Of a stretch of 64,000 nucleotides of DNA, positions 11,504-23,949 are shown piece by piece. Each line of letters opens with the position of its first letter. Position 1 is the stretch's first letter. Below the pieces are notes generated by a model, which saw only the letters and a list, made by a program, of their open reading frames with translations, was not told where the DNA came from and did no database searches. Both the position numbers and the translations under genes were made by a program. Origin of the DNA: Octopus sinensis (lineage: Eukaryota); NCBI RefSeq assembly GCF_006345805.1, contig NC_043022.1, forward strand, positions 22,444,001-22,508,000. The letters are read 5' to 3'.

Positions 11504-11587
11504 CCTGATTTCAGTTATATGGGAATCGATGTAATTGTGAATATCGACCTTTTTGACGGGGAATTTGTCTGGTAAATTCAGAGGCAT
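11504..11587 (-). CDS. C3orf33: C3orf33-like protein, exon 1 coding part
   Basis: AAAATGC start; MPLNLPDKFPVKKVDIHNYIDSHITEIR then AGG|GTAAGA donor; IHNYIDSHITEIR resembles human ISQWADDHLRLVR. Spliced CDS is 720 nt with no internal stop. Confidence 0.85.
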
Positions 11588-11710
11588 TTTAACCGAAGAC
11601 AGTAGCACACATTGACGCTGAAGGATGAAATGTGTCACGGAGAGCGAGGGGAGGTAACTCTAAATATTTACTCTGACGGTTATTGCTTCATATACATTAT
11701 TTCTCGGTTC

Positions 11711-12085
11711 GTGGAGGCGCAATGGCCCAGTGGTTAGAGCAGCGGACTCGCGGTCGTAGGATCGTGGTTTCGATTCCCAGACCGGGCGTTGTGAGTGTTT
11801 ATTGAGCGAAATCACCTAAAGTTCCACGAGGCTCCGGCAGGGGATGGTGGTGATCCCTGCTGTACTCTTTCATCACAACTTTCTCTTATTTCCTGTTTCT
11901 GTTGTACCTGTATTTCAAAGGGCCGGTCTTGTCACTCTCTGTGTCACGCTGAATATCCCCGAGAACTACGTTAAGGGTACACGTGTCTGTGGAATGTTCA
12001 GCCACTTACACGTTAATTTCACGAGCAGGCTGTTCCGTTGATCGGATCAACCGGAACCCTCGTCGTCGTAACCGACGGAGTGCTT
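11711..12085 (+). mobile_element. tRNA-derived SINE, family C (CpG-intact copy)
   Basis: tRNA-like head GGAGGCGCAATGGCCCAGTGGTTAG...GGTTTCGATTCC, body and (TCCA)n tail; near-identical inverted copy at 28897-29280. Confidence 0.9.
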
Positions 12086-12139
12086 CCATCCATCCATTTC
12101 TCGGTTCCTTTGTATTGACATTCACACAGACACGCTCGC

Positions 12140-12930
12140 GCGACGACATAATCGCCCCACGGTTAAAAGTGATGCCCGTTATGGAGTACTGCTCCCACAT
12201 CTGAGCGACAATGCTGATTCTTTATTTTGGCACTCAGGCCACTTAACACAGAGGGGACACAAGGACAGACACAACGCCACAGTGGGGACAATAAACATAT
12301 AACGAATGAATATGAATTATATAAAAATGTAAGATGAATGGCTGCATGGGCCCCACTCCTCATACAGTACCATTTGAACATTAGTACAAACTGTTCTTAC
12401 AATCATGTTATATTGTCTGTTGTTTTTTTCTTAATTATCGTTTTTTTTCTCTTTTTCCTTCGAAGCACTTTTTTCCTTTTTTTAAACAAAGTAACTTTAC
12501 TTACTCTTTTTTTCCCCTCCTTTTAATGCTTCATATAAGGCTCCAGATCTGTAAGTTCGATTACTGAGCGGCAAGGCAGCTGTTACGCAGTGAGATTCTG
12601 TATTTTATCCTGAGACAAGCCACTCGGCTGATAAACACTTGCATCACAAACGGTCACACTCCAACCGCTGACCAACAGGCGTACTCTCTCCTGTACGTCT
12701 TTTTTTTCTAACGCTGTCTGGTCTCGAATCTCCGCCACTCATGAATCCCGACCTACTTGTCTCTCCACCACTCAAAACCCATGGAGTGTCCAAACTCCAT
12801 TTTCTCTACCCTAACTACTAGGCCCAGTCTGTCATTTCCAGAACATAATATCTGTGGAATCTTCTGTCTCTCGTATCCTACAGGTGTTGACTTGCAACAA
12901 TTCAAACAGAACATTAATAGTCTCACACTA
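12140..12930 (+). mobile_element. CR1/Jockey-like LINE 3' remnant
   Basis: PVMEYCSHI and ...FPEHNICGIF...YPTGVDLQQFKQNINSL resemble the CR1/Jockey-group C-terminal region; heavily degraded. Confidence 0.55.
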
Positions 12931-13196
12931 CCAATATTGGAGAGCCTGCAAAGGCCATGGGCATGGACCCTTCCTCCAAACTCAGAATATAAAAGATGTG
13001 TGAGAAAAGAAAATCAACAGAACAGCCCACAGGCATGGCTGTATAGTAAGAATATTGTTTCCTAACCACATGGTTCTGGATTCAGTCCCACTGCATAACA
13101 CCTTGGGCAAATGTCTTCTACTATAACCCTGGGCTAACCAAAGCCTTGAATGGATTTAGTAGATAGAAACTGAAAGAAGCCTGTTGTATATTTATA

Positions 13197-13590
13197 AGGC
13201 GCAGGAGTGGCTGTGTGGTAAGTAGCTTGTTTACCAACCACATGGTTCCGAGTTCAGTCCCACTGCATGGCACCTTGGGCAAGTGTCTGCTACTATAGCC
13301 TCAGGCTGACCAAAGCCTTGTGAATGGATTTGGTAGACGGAAACGGAAAAGAAGACCGTCATATATATGTATATATATATGTGTGTGTATGTTTGTGTGT
13401 CTGTGTTTGTCTCCCTAGCATTGCTTGACAACCGATGCTGGTGTGTTTATGTCCCCGTTACTTAGTGGTTCGGCAAAAGAGACCGATAGAATAAGTACTA
13501 GGCTTACAAAGAATAAGTTCTGGGGTCGATTTGCTCGATTAAAGGTGGTGTTCCAGCATGGCCGCAGTCAAATGACTGAAACAAGTAAAA
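13197..13590 (+). mobile_element. Bipartite tRNA-derived SINE, family B, with internal (TA)n(TG)n
   Basis: Head GGCGCAGGAGTGGCTGTGTGGTAAG...GGTTCAGTCC, GGCACCTTGGGCAAGTG core, microsatellite linker, tail ...GACTGAAACAAGTAAAAGAG. Confidence 0.9.
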
Positions 13591-14204
13591 GAGTATATGT
13601 ATCTATATGTATGTGTTTGTCTCCTACCACTGCTTGACAACCGGTGTTGGTGTGTTTACATCCCCATAATCTTGTGGTTTGGCAAAAGAAACTGATAGAA
13701 TAAGTACCAGGCTTTTAAAGAAATTATGTTATGGGGTTGACTCTTCAAGGCATTGTCTCAGCCAGGCCACAGTCTAATGACTGAAACAAGTAAAAAATAA
13801 GAGTTGGGAATCAAATCTTGTACCTACTGCATTCCAGACAGCTGAGTTACTAACTGCACCAAAGAGGCTCTCAACAAACTAAGCTTTCGAATTAGTATAT
13901 ATAAATATTTTGCTGGATAGGCCAAGTGTATTTACCTCCTCTCATATCATAGGAGGATCATAAAGCATTGTTGTAGTCAGCCACCATGAGAGAGACCAAT
14001 ATTGTTTAAGACAGTCCCTATCTAAAGGATTCTTCCAACCAGTGGTGCCAAATATAAACAGGATATTGCTTGACATTTCCTGAAAAGAACTTTGACATTC
14101 CTTTGCACCATTGATACTACCAAGGAATGCCAAGGTTCTTTTGCCCCATATTGTAGTGTGGATACTTTTTCCTTTTGTTCTCTATGTCACCACCATATTA
14201 AACT

Positions 14205-14420
14205 ATTTCTTTATTGCCCACGGGGCACAAACAAGGACAGACAAAGGGATTAAGTCGATTACATCGATCCCAGTGTGTAACTGGTACTTAATTTATCTAC
14301 TCCAAAAGGATGAAAAGCAAAGTCGACCTCGGCGGAATTTGAACTCAGAATGTAACGGCAGACGAAATACTGCTAAGCATTTTGCTCGATGTGCTAACAT
14401 TTCTGCCAACTCGCTGCCTT
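14205..14420 (-). mobile_element. SINE family A
   Basis: Reverse complement of the family A consensus. Confidence 0.85.
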
Positions 14421-14424
14421 GAAA

Positions 14425-14993
14425 ATCAGAGATACCTGCTTAGGTAGAATGGTTATGTGGGGAATTAGAAGGGTGTGGAAGCTTAAGACTTCTTTGATTA
14501 GTCAGAGATTTAGAGACATCCTAAATGAAGCATATGATAAGAAGGAAAAGGAGTTACAGACTTGTAGCATAGAAGCTAAGTGAAAGTTCCTATGGGACAA
14601 CTTGCTGAGTGCTGCAGATCAAATTTGTGGTTGGGGCAAAGTCCCAGCCAAGACTAAGGTGATATGGTGATAGAACAGAGTAGTCGAAGGGCCATTAGAG
14701 AAAAGAAACAGGATTGGAAGGGTGGTGGTATCAAGGAGTTATATCAGGCAGCTAGAAAGGAAGCTAAGAAGCTGGTATACTTAGCCAGGAGTGAAGCAGA
14801 AAGAGAGAAGTTTACCAGTGTCTTACAGCACGAGGACTATAGGCTTGAAATGATTTGGCTTGCAAGACAGTGTGCCAGGGAAAATTGTGATGTTATGAGA
14901 AAGAAGTGTATTCACATGGATGATGGTTCACTTGCAGTTAGTGACTCTGCAGAGAAAGAGGCTAGGAAATGTCACTATGAAAGGCTACTAAAT
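14425..14993 (+). mobile_element. RTE LINE fragment, endonuclease-RT linker
   Basis: ...RAIREKKQDWKGGGIKELYQAARKEAKKLVYLARSEAE...MDDGSLAVSDSAEKEARKCHYERLLN is typical of the RTE pre-RT region. Confidence 0.8.
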
Positions 14994-14994
14994 C

Positions 14995-16567
14995 GGCCAC
15001 GTTCGGATGGTGCTTTTTATGTGCCACCGGCACAGAAGCCAGTCGAGTCGGCGCTGGCTACGGCCACGTTCGGATAGTGCTTTTTATGTATCACAACTAC
15101 TATTTCCATTGATATTTATTTCGATGTTCATGTTCATGTTCATGTACTTGACTCAACAGGTCTCCTCAAGCACAGCGGGACATTCTGGGATCCAGGGTAC
15201 TTTGAATGGGCAGGGGCTATGCGGAACTGGTGCAGAAAGCAGCCCGGGTCTTTGCAGTCACAGCATATCTCCAGAGATCTCGGTCCTTCGCCATTGCCTC
15301 AGTGAGGCCCAACGCTCTGAGGTCATGCTTGACTACCTCATCCCATGTCTTCCTGGGTCTACCTCTCCCCCTGATACCTTCAACTGTTTGGGAGTGGCAC
15401 TTCTTCACACATCTCTCCTCATCCATCCGCAGTACATTACCATACCATCGCAAGCGTCGCTCTTGCACACCACATCTGATGCTTTCTTATGTCCAGCATT
15501 TCTCTCAGGGTGCTTACACTCTGTCGTGTGTGCACACTGACATTACACATCCAGCGGATCATGCTAGCTTCATTTCTACGCATGTCCTCTGCAGTCACAG
15601 CACATGTTTCACTACCGTGAAGCATGGCAGTTCACACACATGCATCATACAATCTACCTTTCACTCTGAGCGAGAGACCCTTTGTCGCCAGTAGGGGTAG
15701 GAGCTTTCTGAACTTTGCCCAGGCTATTCGTATTCTAGTGGTGATACTCTCTGAGCATCCACCTCCACTACTAACTTGGTCACCCAGGTAGCGGAAACTA
15801 TCAACTACTTCCAGTTTCTCTCCCTGGAGTGTGATGGAATCTGTTTTCTGAGTGTCTGTGGTGTCTATTGTCCCTGTGCATCTGCCGCACATGAAAGCTA
15901 TCTTATCAGTTAATTTCCCTTTAATGTTGCTGCACCTCTTATGCATCCATAGCTTACATTGGGTGCATCTTATGGAGTTTCTACCTACACCTTTTCTACA
16001 GATCGAGCAGGGCCACCTGCCCGAGGGTGTGTGTCCTGAGTTCGCCTTTCTGCTTACTATAACTTTGGTCTTTGCTACATTTACTCTAAGGCCCTTTGAT
16101 TCTAACCCTTGCTTCCACACCCGAAATTTCTTTTCTAGTTCCGGTAGTGATTCTGCTATGAGAGCCAGGTCATCAGCATAGAGGAGCTCCCAGGGGCATC
16201 CTGTTTTGAATTCCTCTGTTATTGCCTGGAGGACTATGATGAATAAAAGGTGACTGAGGGCTGAGCCTTGGTGTACACCTACTTCTACCCGGAATTCTTC
16301 ACTATATTCATTGCCAATCCTAACCTTGCTGACAGCCTCTCTGTATAGAGCCTGTACAGCTCTTATTAGCCATTCGTCAATCTCCAGTTTCCGCATCGAC
16401 CACCAGATAAGGGATCGGGGAACCCTGTCAAAGGCTTTCTCCAAGTCCACAAAAGCTATGTAGAGGGGTTTATCTTTAGCTAGGTACTTCTCCTGCAGTT
16501 GTCGGACCAGGAATATAGCATCAGTGGTGCTTCTACCTGGCACAAAACTGAACTGCATCTCATCTAA
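14995..16567 (-). mobile_element. RTE LINE: reverse transcriptase, C-terminus and 3' UTR (5'-truncated, frameshifted)
   Basis: 308-aa ORF with QFSFVPGRSTTDAIF, FVDLEKAFDRVPR, GVHQGS, LLYADD; downstream RLRWYGNVLRM...GRGRPRKTW. Confidence 0.97.
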
Positions 16568-17519
16568 GCAACAAAAAGAGAGAGAATTTTCCCCACAGTA
16601 ACTGCAGTGAATTTGCCTTGTAGCAGTTGAAATATATCACAAATATATTTTAACTAACCTGCTATAAAACAGTGCTTGGTTAATATTAATGCTAAAACAC
16701 TGATTGGCACTAATATGGTAATTTCCATATCCTTAGCAGGCTACTGTCACAAATCAGTCAATGTTGTTGAAGCTATAGCTTTGATAAGGTCTGAACAGAG
16801 CTGCCTCCCTTAGATATTTCCCATTGATAATGGCTAAAGAGCAAGAACCATCGATGTCTGGGAATCCTGACAGGGGATGACATTGAACAGATGTGGTGCT
16901 TTTAAACCTCTTACTATAAGAGAGGGGGGACAAACACAGACACACACATACGACGGGCTTCTTTCAGTTTCCGCCTACAAAATCCACTCACAAGGCTTTG
17001 GTCGGCCTGAGGCTATAGTAGAAGACACTTCCCCAAGGTGCCACGCAGTGGACTGAACTTGGAACCAATGTGGTTGGTAAGCAAGCTACTTACCACACAG
17101 CTCCGTTGGGGGTGGGGGGGTGAACCCCACTGTACTCTTTCACCACAACTTTCTATCACTCTTTCTTCCTACTTCTGCCGCAAAGCAGAGGAACCATGGT
17201 GTAACCCACTATGGTGTGATAAACTTTCAGACCCTAGTCTAGATTGCGAATCCTCTGTACTCCAGGATGGATTCAGCTCTCCACCCGTTAAAAGCCACCG
17301 TTTACGGAATGAGGATAACAACGTAGCTTTCACACCCATGCAACTGCGAGTCTATCGCGTGTGGTGGGTGGATCTTCAAGTTGCCACACGCATTCTTAGT
17401 AGCTTAGAGTAGGCTCGAATTAGAGATTATTCTTTGTGGCTAAAGGCGTGAGTCCTGATTGGAAGAAGAAGACACCAACAGACACTAACAGCAACACCAA
17501 CAGACACAGCACCTCAAAA

Positions 17520-17960
17520 ACTCGACAATGGAGATACAGTGGTTGCTCTGGTAACACATTCAAACAACATCTCTCCAACCTGAGATTCTCCTTCAGGATG
17601 CCGGAAAGAAAATACGATACGTCACTAGCCAGCTGAAAAACAATGAGATTCCATACACAATTTGGAGAATCCTAGAAAATCCAGGCTCCCACATAAACTA
17701 GGCATAGCAGATGGGTGAGGCTTCTAAAGGACTCCCTCGATATGGGGAATATCCTTAACTCCAGAACGGCCTATTGGAACCCACAAGATAACAGTGTCAC
17801 TTGTTATTGATACTGTTGTTGATATTGAGTAGCGAGGTCCTTTTCTCCTCCATATCCTAGAGAAGCCACTCGCTAGAGAGGCCTTAAGCATGTTTGATGA
17901 TATGCCGTAAAGCCGAGTGCTTTATGGACGTGAAACCCAGAGTAATCCCATGAACCGGCC
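17520..17960 (+). mobile_element. Penelope-like GIY-YIG endonuclease remnant with a degenerate hammerhead-like end
   Basis: RYSGCSGNTFKQHLSNLRFSFR...YDTSLAS / LKNNEIPYTIWRILE / ILNSR matches the Penelope EN pattern (YIG.T..FK.R..H..SF...T.LS...W.IL); TTGATGA...GAAA at 17894-17935. Confidence 0.6.
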
Positions 17961-18514
17961 TTATCTAACATTTTTATTTACATACTGCTCTATTACTTAG
18001 AATGTGCTTTTTTTTTACGGATTTATGTTTTACAGACGATATAAAACTAACTTTCTTTCCGTGCCTGAGCGTCTGTTAATACTTTGCTTGCAACACATCC
18101 TCGCGTTGTTGTTTTTTCCTTTCTTGTGTTATTTCTTCGTTTTTGTTTTTTTTGGGGGATTAACTATATCTCTATAAATATATATATATATATATACACA
18201 CACAAGTATATGCGTGTATACCTACATTTATATGTGTGTATGTGTATTTATGTATATATATATTTATTAAACAGCTGTGGTGGACTGATTTCGGCGATTA
18301 TTTTAAGTGGTCAGCGACATTAACTCTTCGTTTTGCAAAAGTTGACCTAATTTGTTAATAAAAATATATAAAAGAAAACAACAAAACAAAATCAAGCGTC
18401 AAAGCAGGTCAACAAAAGTTATCTGCTCCTGACTTTCCCCCTCCCTCTCTCTCTTTCTCTGCCTGTCTGTCTATCTGTTTTCTCTCTTCCGTGTGTCGTG
18501 TGTTTGTCCGCTAG

Positions 18515-18739
18515 GTGACGCCTGTAGTGACAACTTCCTCAGTTAAACTATAGACTGGGCTGCCATGTTGATACTTGTCCAGTCTGCCTCTCCAGAGACG
18601 GCAATCCCATCGACCACAGCCCTACATTTATAAACATTTTCATTGGACTTTCATACACATACATATATAAATCTGTGTGTGTGTGTGTGTTGTACATATA
18701 TAGATATATATACTCTCCCAATTCCATACCTTTACATAG
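18515..18739 (+). other. Candidate non-coding exon (possibly WDR33 5' UTR) containing a 22-codon ORF
   Basis: Pyrimidine tract plus CTAG| acceptor at 18514 and AG|GTGAGT donor at 18740; GCCATG ORF 18565-18633. No transcript evidence. Confidence 0.25.
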
Positions 18740-18789
18740 GTGAGTATTTCTACACTTTACTAATGACTGTTTTGTGTGATTGAATTCAA

Positions 18790-18995
18790 TCATCCATCCA
18801 TCTTTCTACCCGTCTACTTATTTATCTACCAATCTGTCTATCTATCTATTTATCTATCTACTTATCTGTCTATCTATATGTCTATCCATCTATCCCTCTA
18901 TCTATCTAAGTATCTATCTATCCATCCATCTATCTAAATATCTATCTATCTATCTGTCTATCTCTGTCTGACTATCTATCTATCTGTCTGTCTAT
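18790..18995. repeat. (TATC)n microsatellite
   Basis: Tetranucleotide run. Confidence 0.95.
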
Positions 18996-20121
18996 AAACG
19001 GGAGAAAGACTACTGATTCCATGGAGTATATAGTTTATTTATTCGTTGCTCGTTGGTGAATCACTTCGTCAGTTACTCAGAGTTTCTGAGAGCTTAGATA
19101 ATGCGATTGAGCTTCAAGCGCCAAAAGATTGTGTTCTGTATTAATCCTCTTGATCTTAATTTATACTTGGCATCGGTACCAAAAAGAAGTCCTGCAGATA
19201 TATGCACCTAAAGCCAAAAAAAATCACATAAAAAAAGATTAAAATAATGAAAAAGAAACACCATATATTCAAATATTTAGTGTGTACATACTAATATATT
19301 GCATACTTCGTTGTCCTCACCATCACCTCGTATACATCCCGTTATTTACGAGTTTTGCTTTTTGTTCTTTTGTTACTTCATAAAAACAAATTCTTATCTG
19401 TGAATAAATATGAATATCGATCTATCTATCTTTCTTTCTTCATACATATACGCTTTATAGTGATCGAACAGAAGAGCAATCAATAATAATTTTTCTATCT
19501 GCTAGAAATCTCGGGTACCGACGAATTCTGATTGTATTTTACTCCCCCCTCCCTCTCTTTATCTATCTATCTCTATCCATTGATAGATAGATGTGTATTG
19601 TATACTCTCTAAGTATTGAGTCCTTTCTCATTTAGTCATCGTTCGTTGTTTTTCTATATTTATAAAGTCACTAGAGTAAAAGTACATATATAATACATAA
19701 ACACAGCAACGGGAGAAAGAAAAAAGTGCCTTTACAAGCTTGTTATTCACCCCGTAAGCTACTCATTCTTTTCGCTCAAGACCATTCATTGAGCGAAAAA
19801 CTCCGAGTAGCCACAGATTGAATCAGCTGTTTGGAACATATGTACCATTTATTTCTTGACCTACTGATAATAAAAGTCATATCTTAAAAAAATCACATCC
19901 CTATAATGTGTAAACGAAACATTGTTGGAGGGCACATTGCATAATGTAATCATTTTGTGTAGGTGTTAAAATACAATCTTCCATGTTGTTGAACCCTTGG
20001 TCAGTTTTAATTGATAGGTTAGACCTGTTTATCTAGGGTATTCCCATCGTGACCATCATCTTTTCAGTTTTTTTTTTTGTATATAGTGGAATGCATTGTC
20101 AAATGTGTCCTTTATTTAGAT

Positions 20122-20435
20122 CAGTGGTTCTCAAACATTTTTTACCTATGGACGCCTTTGATAACTTGTTCTAGTGGACTCCCATAGCTATTCGATGTTT
20201 AAAAACTAATCCTATAGCTCCTTCTTTCAACATTTCTATTTTGTTATTCACTCATTCACTTGTGTAGGTTAAACTATGTAAAATGTTAGAGAAAGAAACC
20301 TAGTAGTTTCTTGCAACAGATACATTTAAATCAAAACTTTTCATGGCCCCTTAGAATACTACTGTGTCCCCAATTTATTATTTTGCTAGTGTGGACCCCT
20401 AACAGTCTTGTATGGACCCTGGTTGAGAACCACTG
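20122..20435. mobile_element. hAT (Buster/Charlie-type) MITE
   Basis: TIRs CAGTGGTTCTCAA / TTGAGAACCACTG; 8-bp TSD ATTTAGAT / ATTTAGAC with central TA. Confidence 0.9.
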
Positions 20436-21261
20436 ATTTAGACGATAGTGTGCGACTTAGCTGCCATTTCTAGCTGCTCGAACAACCACGTAGAAGCGCC
20501 TTCGTTGACTGTTATAATACTGCTGTCTCGACGGGTAACATGTTCTGTACTCTTGACCTGTCTTTACATCTCCTCGCTTTTAAATATTAAGCAGATAACC
20601 ATTTCTTCATATTTGGCGGGATTAGAAACTCTTTAAATTTCTAGTAGTGTAGTCCCAGTTCAGCCGTTAGCGAGTAAGACCCCGGATTTCAACCCCGACC
20701 ACGATGTTTTTTTTTACATAATTCAATTCTTTTTTTTAATGATCGTGGGATTGTGATATGAAGATTTGATTGCTATTTTTAGTAGTTCAAGCGACCACTT
20801 AAAGGATTACTCCCTTGTTCCGGTTTTTGTTTTCTGTGCCTTTCTCTGTATAGCTCTCTCTACTATCCGTTTGTTTCCCCTGTTTTTCTGTTCATATATT
20901 GTATGTCTTCGTATCCCATATATATATATATATATATAATTATATCTACGGATATATTAATTTGGCTGATATTTTCTGTATCTAAGTATGTTGACACAAC
21001 AGAGACGACGATCGTCGGTATTGTATTGTGTAATCACCAATTACAGATGTGATTTTTTTCGATTCCAATTTTTGTTTTCTTATGCTCCGAATTTTTTGAA
21101 ATTCCAAACGATATTGGGATTTACGCATCGTACATGAGGAATTTCCTTGGATGTTTATTCCTACTTGCATTTATTGATGCCTGATGGTTAAGTATAGTTA
21201 ACCAAATTCGTTTAACATAAAATGTTTTATTAATGGTGTCTAGCTGGACTTTTTAATCCCT

Positions 21262-21297
<36 letters not shown>

Positions 21298-21319
21298 ATA
21301 TATATACATGTATATATAT

Positions 21320-21485
21320 AGGAGTGGCTGTGTGGTAAGTAGCTTGCTTACCAGCTACATGGTTCCGGGTTCAGTCCCACTGCGTGGCACCTTGGGCAAG
21401 TGTCTTCTACTATAGCCTCGGGCCGACCAAAGCCTTGTGAGTGGATTTGGTAGACGGAAACTGAAAGAAGCCCGTCGTATATATG

Positions 21486-21544
<59 letters not shown>

Positions 21545-21740
21545 CTGTGTTTGTCCCCCTAGCATTGCTTGACAACCGATGCTGGTGTGTTTACGTCGCC
21601 GTCACTTAGCGGTTTGGCAAAAGAGAGCGATAGAATAAGTACTGGGCTTACAAAGAATAGGTCCCGGGGTCGATTTGTTCGACTAAAGGCGATGCTCCAG
21701 CATGGCCGCAGTCAAATGACTGAAACAAGTAAAAGAGTAT
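21320..21740 (+). mobile_element. SINE family B
   Basis: Full bipartite copy with a long internal (TA)n. Confidence 0.92.
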
Positions 21741-22634
21741 ATTTATACACACACGCACATTCATTATAATCATTGTTAGTATTCTTGTCGATCTAATACT
21801 ATCTTTACAGCTTTATTATTAGCCTTGTTTTCTTCTTTTTTTCCCATCCATTCAAATCAATATGCTACGTATCAGTTCATAAAGAAAAATATACATTCTG
21901 TTTATAGATCCATCGTATAACCATATGTATATAAACACCCCTCTCGTGTGTGTATGTGTAACATTCTAGGGATATTACATCGCAGTGACATTTAGTTTAT
22001 AGACATGTTTATAACACTACTCTCCTAGATATATTACATATACGTGTAACATGTCTAAGATAATTTTTAGGGATATATATATATATATCTTTGTAACATT
22101 ATCATATAGACGTGGACAACACGACATGCACGTACATGCATAAGCACTTATACATGTGAGCACACAGGCATATATAGGTAGCTGGATCTTTGTTTTGATG
22201 AAGATTCATTTATTCGATCCACTGAATTACGCACTCATTGAGTTAGCTTGTAAAATAGCTGTGCATTCCACAGATATTTGTATCTTTTGAATTACTTGTA
22301 TGATCCATCTGATAAGCTTGTCAGGTTTTACCCAATTTTCACTTAAGAGAGTAGAAGGTATGGGCGAACCCTAAGCGATAGGAAACGACATTTGCCCTAG
22401 ATACCATGCATTGGGATTTAACCCAGGAACTCATGGTTGTGAAAGGCTTCTATAAGTCACATGAGACTCGGAAAGTGTAGAGTCAAGCTCTAAATGGCAG
22501 TCCAGGAATTGCCCAAGCTCTCTTGGTTCTCTTCTGATTGTCTGCATTCATTTCCAACACATGAATCTTTTCCCCACACAACTGTTGCCAACAGCAACTA
22601 CCTGGTCATTGGATCTAATCTTTCACTTTCTTAA

Positions 22635-22854
22635 CCCTTTAGTATTCAGATTATTCTGGCAAAAATGATGCTTGTTTATTTATATTGTGCTGAATTAATC
22701 ATCTATCATCTTGTAGTTTACAGATTTCAATTATGTGATTGTTTAGTTCTAAAATGACATTGTAGGGTAGGTGTGAGAGGCCTAATCTGCTCAGTTTCAA
22801 TATAAAACTGGGGGAATATTTTGGCTGGATATGGCCGGTTTGAATGCTAAAGAG
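22635..22854. mobile_element. piggyBac-type MITE (TTAA TSD)
   Basis: TTAA|CCCCTTTAGTATTCA...TGAATGCTAAAGAG|TTAA; related copies near 30920, 40490, 45380, 56260 and 63189. Confidence 0.8.
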
Positions 22855-22879
22855 TTAAAGCACTATTCGTTTGCTCCTT

Positions 22880-23740
22880 AGTACTTCTTTCAGCTTTCCA
22901 TGTTATAGCTGATCGTACACACTTCATTGGTATTGCCAACATATGGGTATCCTCATCATATGCTCCAGCCACTGCAGTTGGCACTGGGTGATGATGATCT
23001 CAGCTCTTTTGCAGTTGGTCTCTGCAAGCATTACACACTTGTGTTAGGTAATTCCCAGATGCAATGGAAATGACTTATGTGGAAGAGCCCAAGGACTTGA
23101 TGTGACAGCTGTAGACCACATAAGCTTCACATCTGTATAGGGCAGTGATATAGACTGCATTATTATATAGTGACCTTTTGTGGAGGTAAAAGACGCTTAT
23201 GTAAAAGTCTGCATTAATGTCTCCAAAAGACAGTTGATGTCTGTTTAATACAGGTCTAGATGTTAGTCATCAGTGCTATCATCTTCAGAGACATCATCGC
23301 TCCACAAATATTTGAAAGCTGTTACCACTGACAGCTGTTCATTACCAACAGTAAAAGTATAGAGAGTGAGTGAGATTCCATTGGATGATCATTTTAGTCT
23401 TGTGGTATTGATAGATAACCCTATGCTACTGTGTTTTCACTACCACGGCTAGGACAGCCTGAAGCTTTTTCTGAGTAAGGGCCACAAAAACAGAGTGGTC
23501 TGCATATTGCAGCTGTTAGACCTGTTTTTTATGGAATTTGGTAGTTGTATGGCGCTTGTTAGTGTTATGGTTGCCTTTTTGTTTGAAGCTCATTGCTGTG
23601 CTGCTAATTCTGTGCATATGTGAAATCTTGAACTTTTTTATGGCCATCTGTGCAGACATTCTATTGTGTAACCAGCAGAGCTCTCTTTGCCCCATGACAC
23701 TTTTCCTGAAGCTGCTGGGCTGTGCAAATTGTTAACTATA
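22880..23740 (-). mobile_element. Highly degraded LINE RT remnant
   Basis: Minus-strand YADHSVFVALTQKKLQ...KTKMI resembles the YADD and downstream RT motifs; many stops. Confidence 0.45.
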
Positions 23741-23949
23741 CTCATCATCATCATCATTTAATGTCCGCTTTCCATGCTAGCATGGGTTGGATGATTTGAC
23801 TGAGGGCTGTAGAAACTCTGCCAGATTAAGATTGGAACCTGGTGCAGCCATCTGGTTTGCCACTGAATCTATATTGCAATTCATCCAAACATCAGCCAAG
23901 GCTGGGGCAATGGAGTAACTGCTACTCGCTACATCAACCAAGTGTTGAG

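Noticed and set aside
11711-11790. tRNA gene-like sequence (also the heads of the other SINE families)
   Set aside because: No complete cloverleaf or terminator; continues into a dispersed SINE body.
14425-16567. Twin-priming 5' inversion as the cause of the RTE arrangement
   Set aside because: Twin priming gives a 5'-to-5' junction; this junction is 3'-to-3'.
19020-19085. CTGACGA on the minus strand as a hammerhead core
   Set aside because: No GAAA with pairing stems II and III at a suitable distance.
20982-21170. 62-aa minus-strand ORF as an exon of a hidden gene
   Set aside because: Stop immediately upstream, no good splice sites, no recognisable family.
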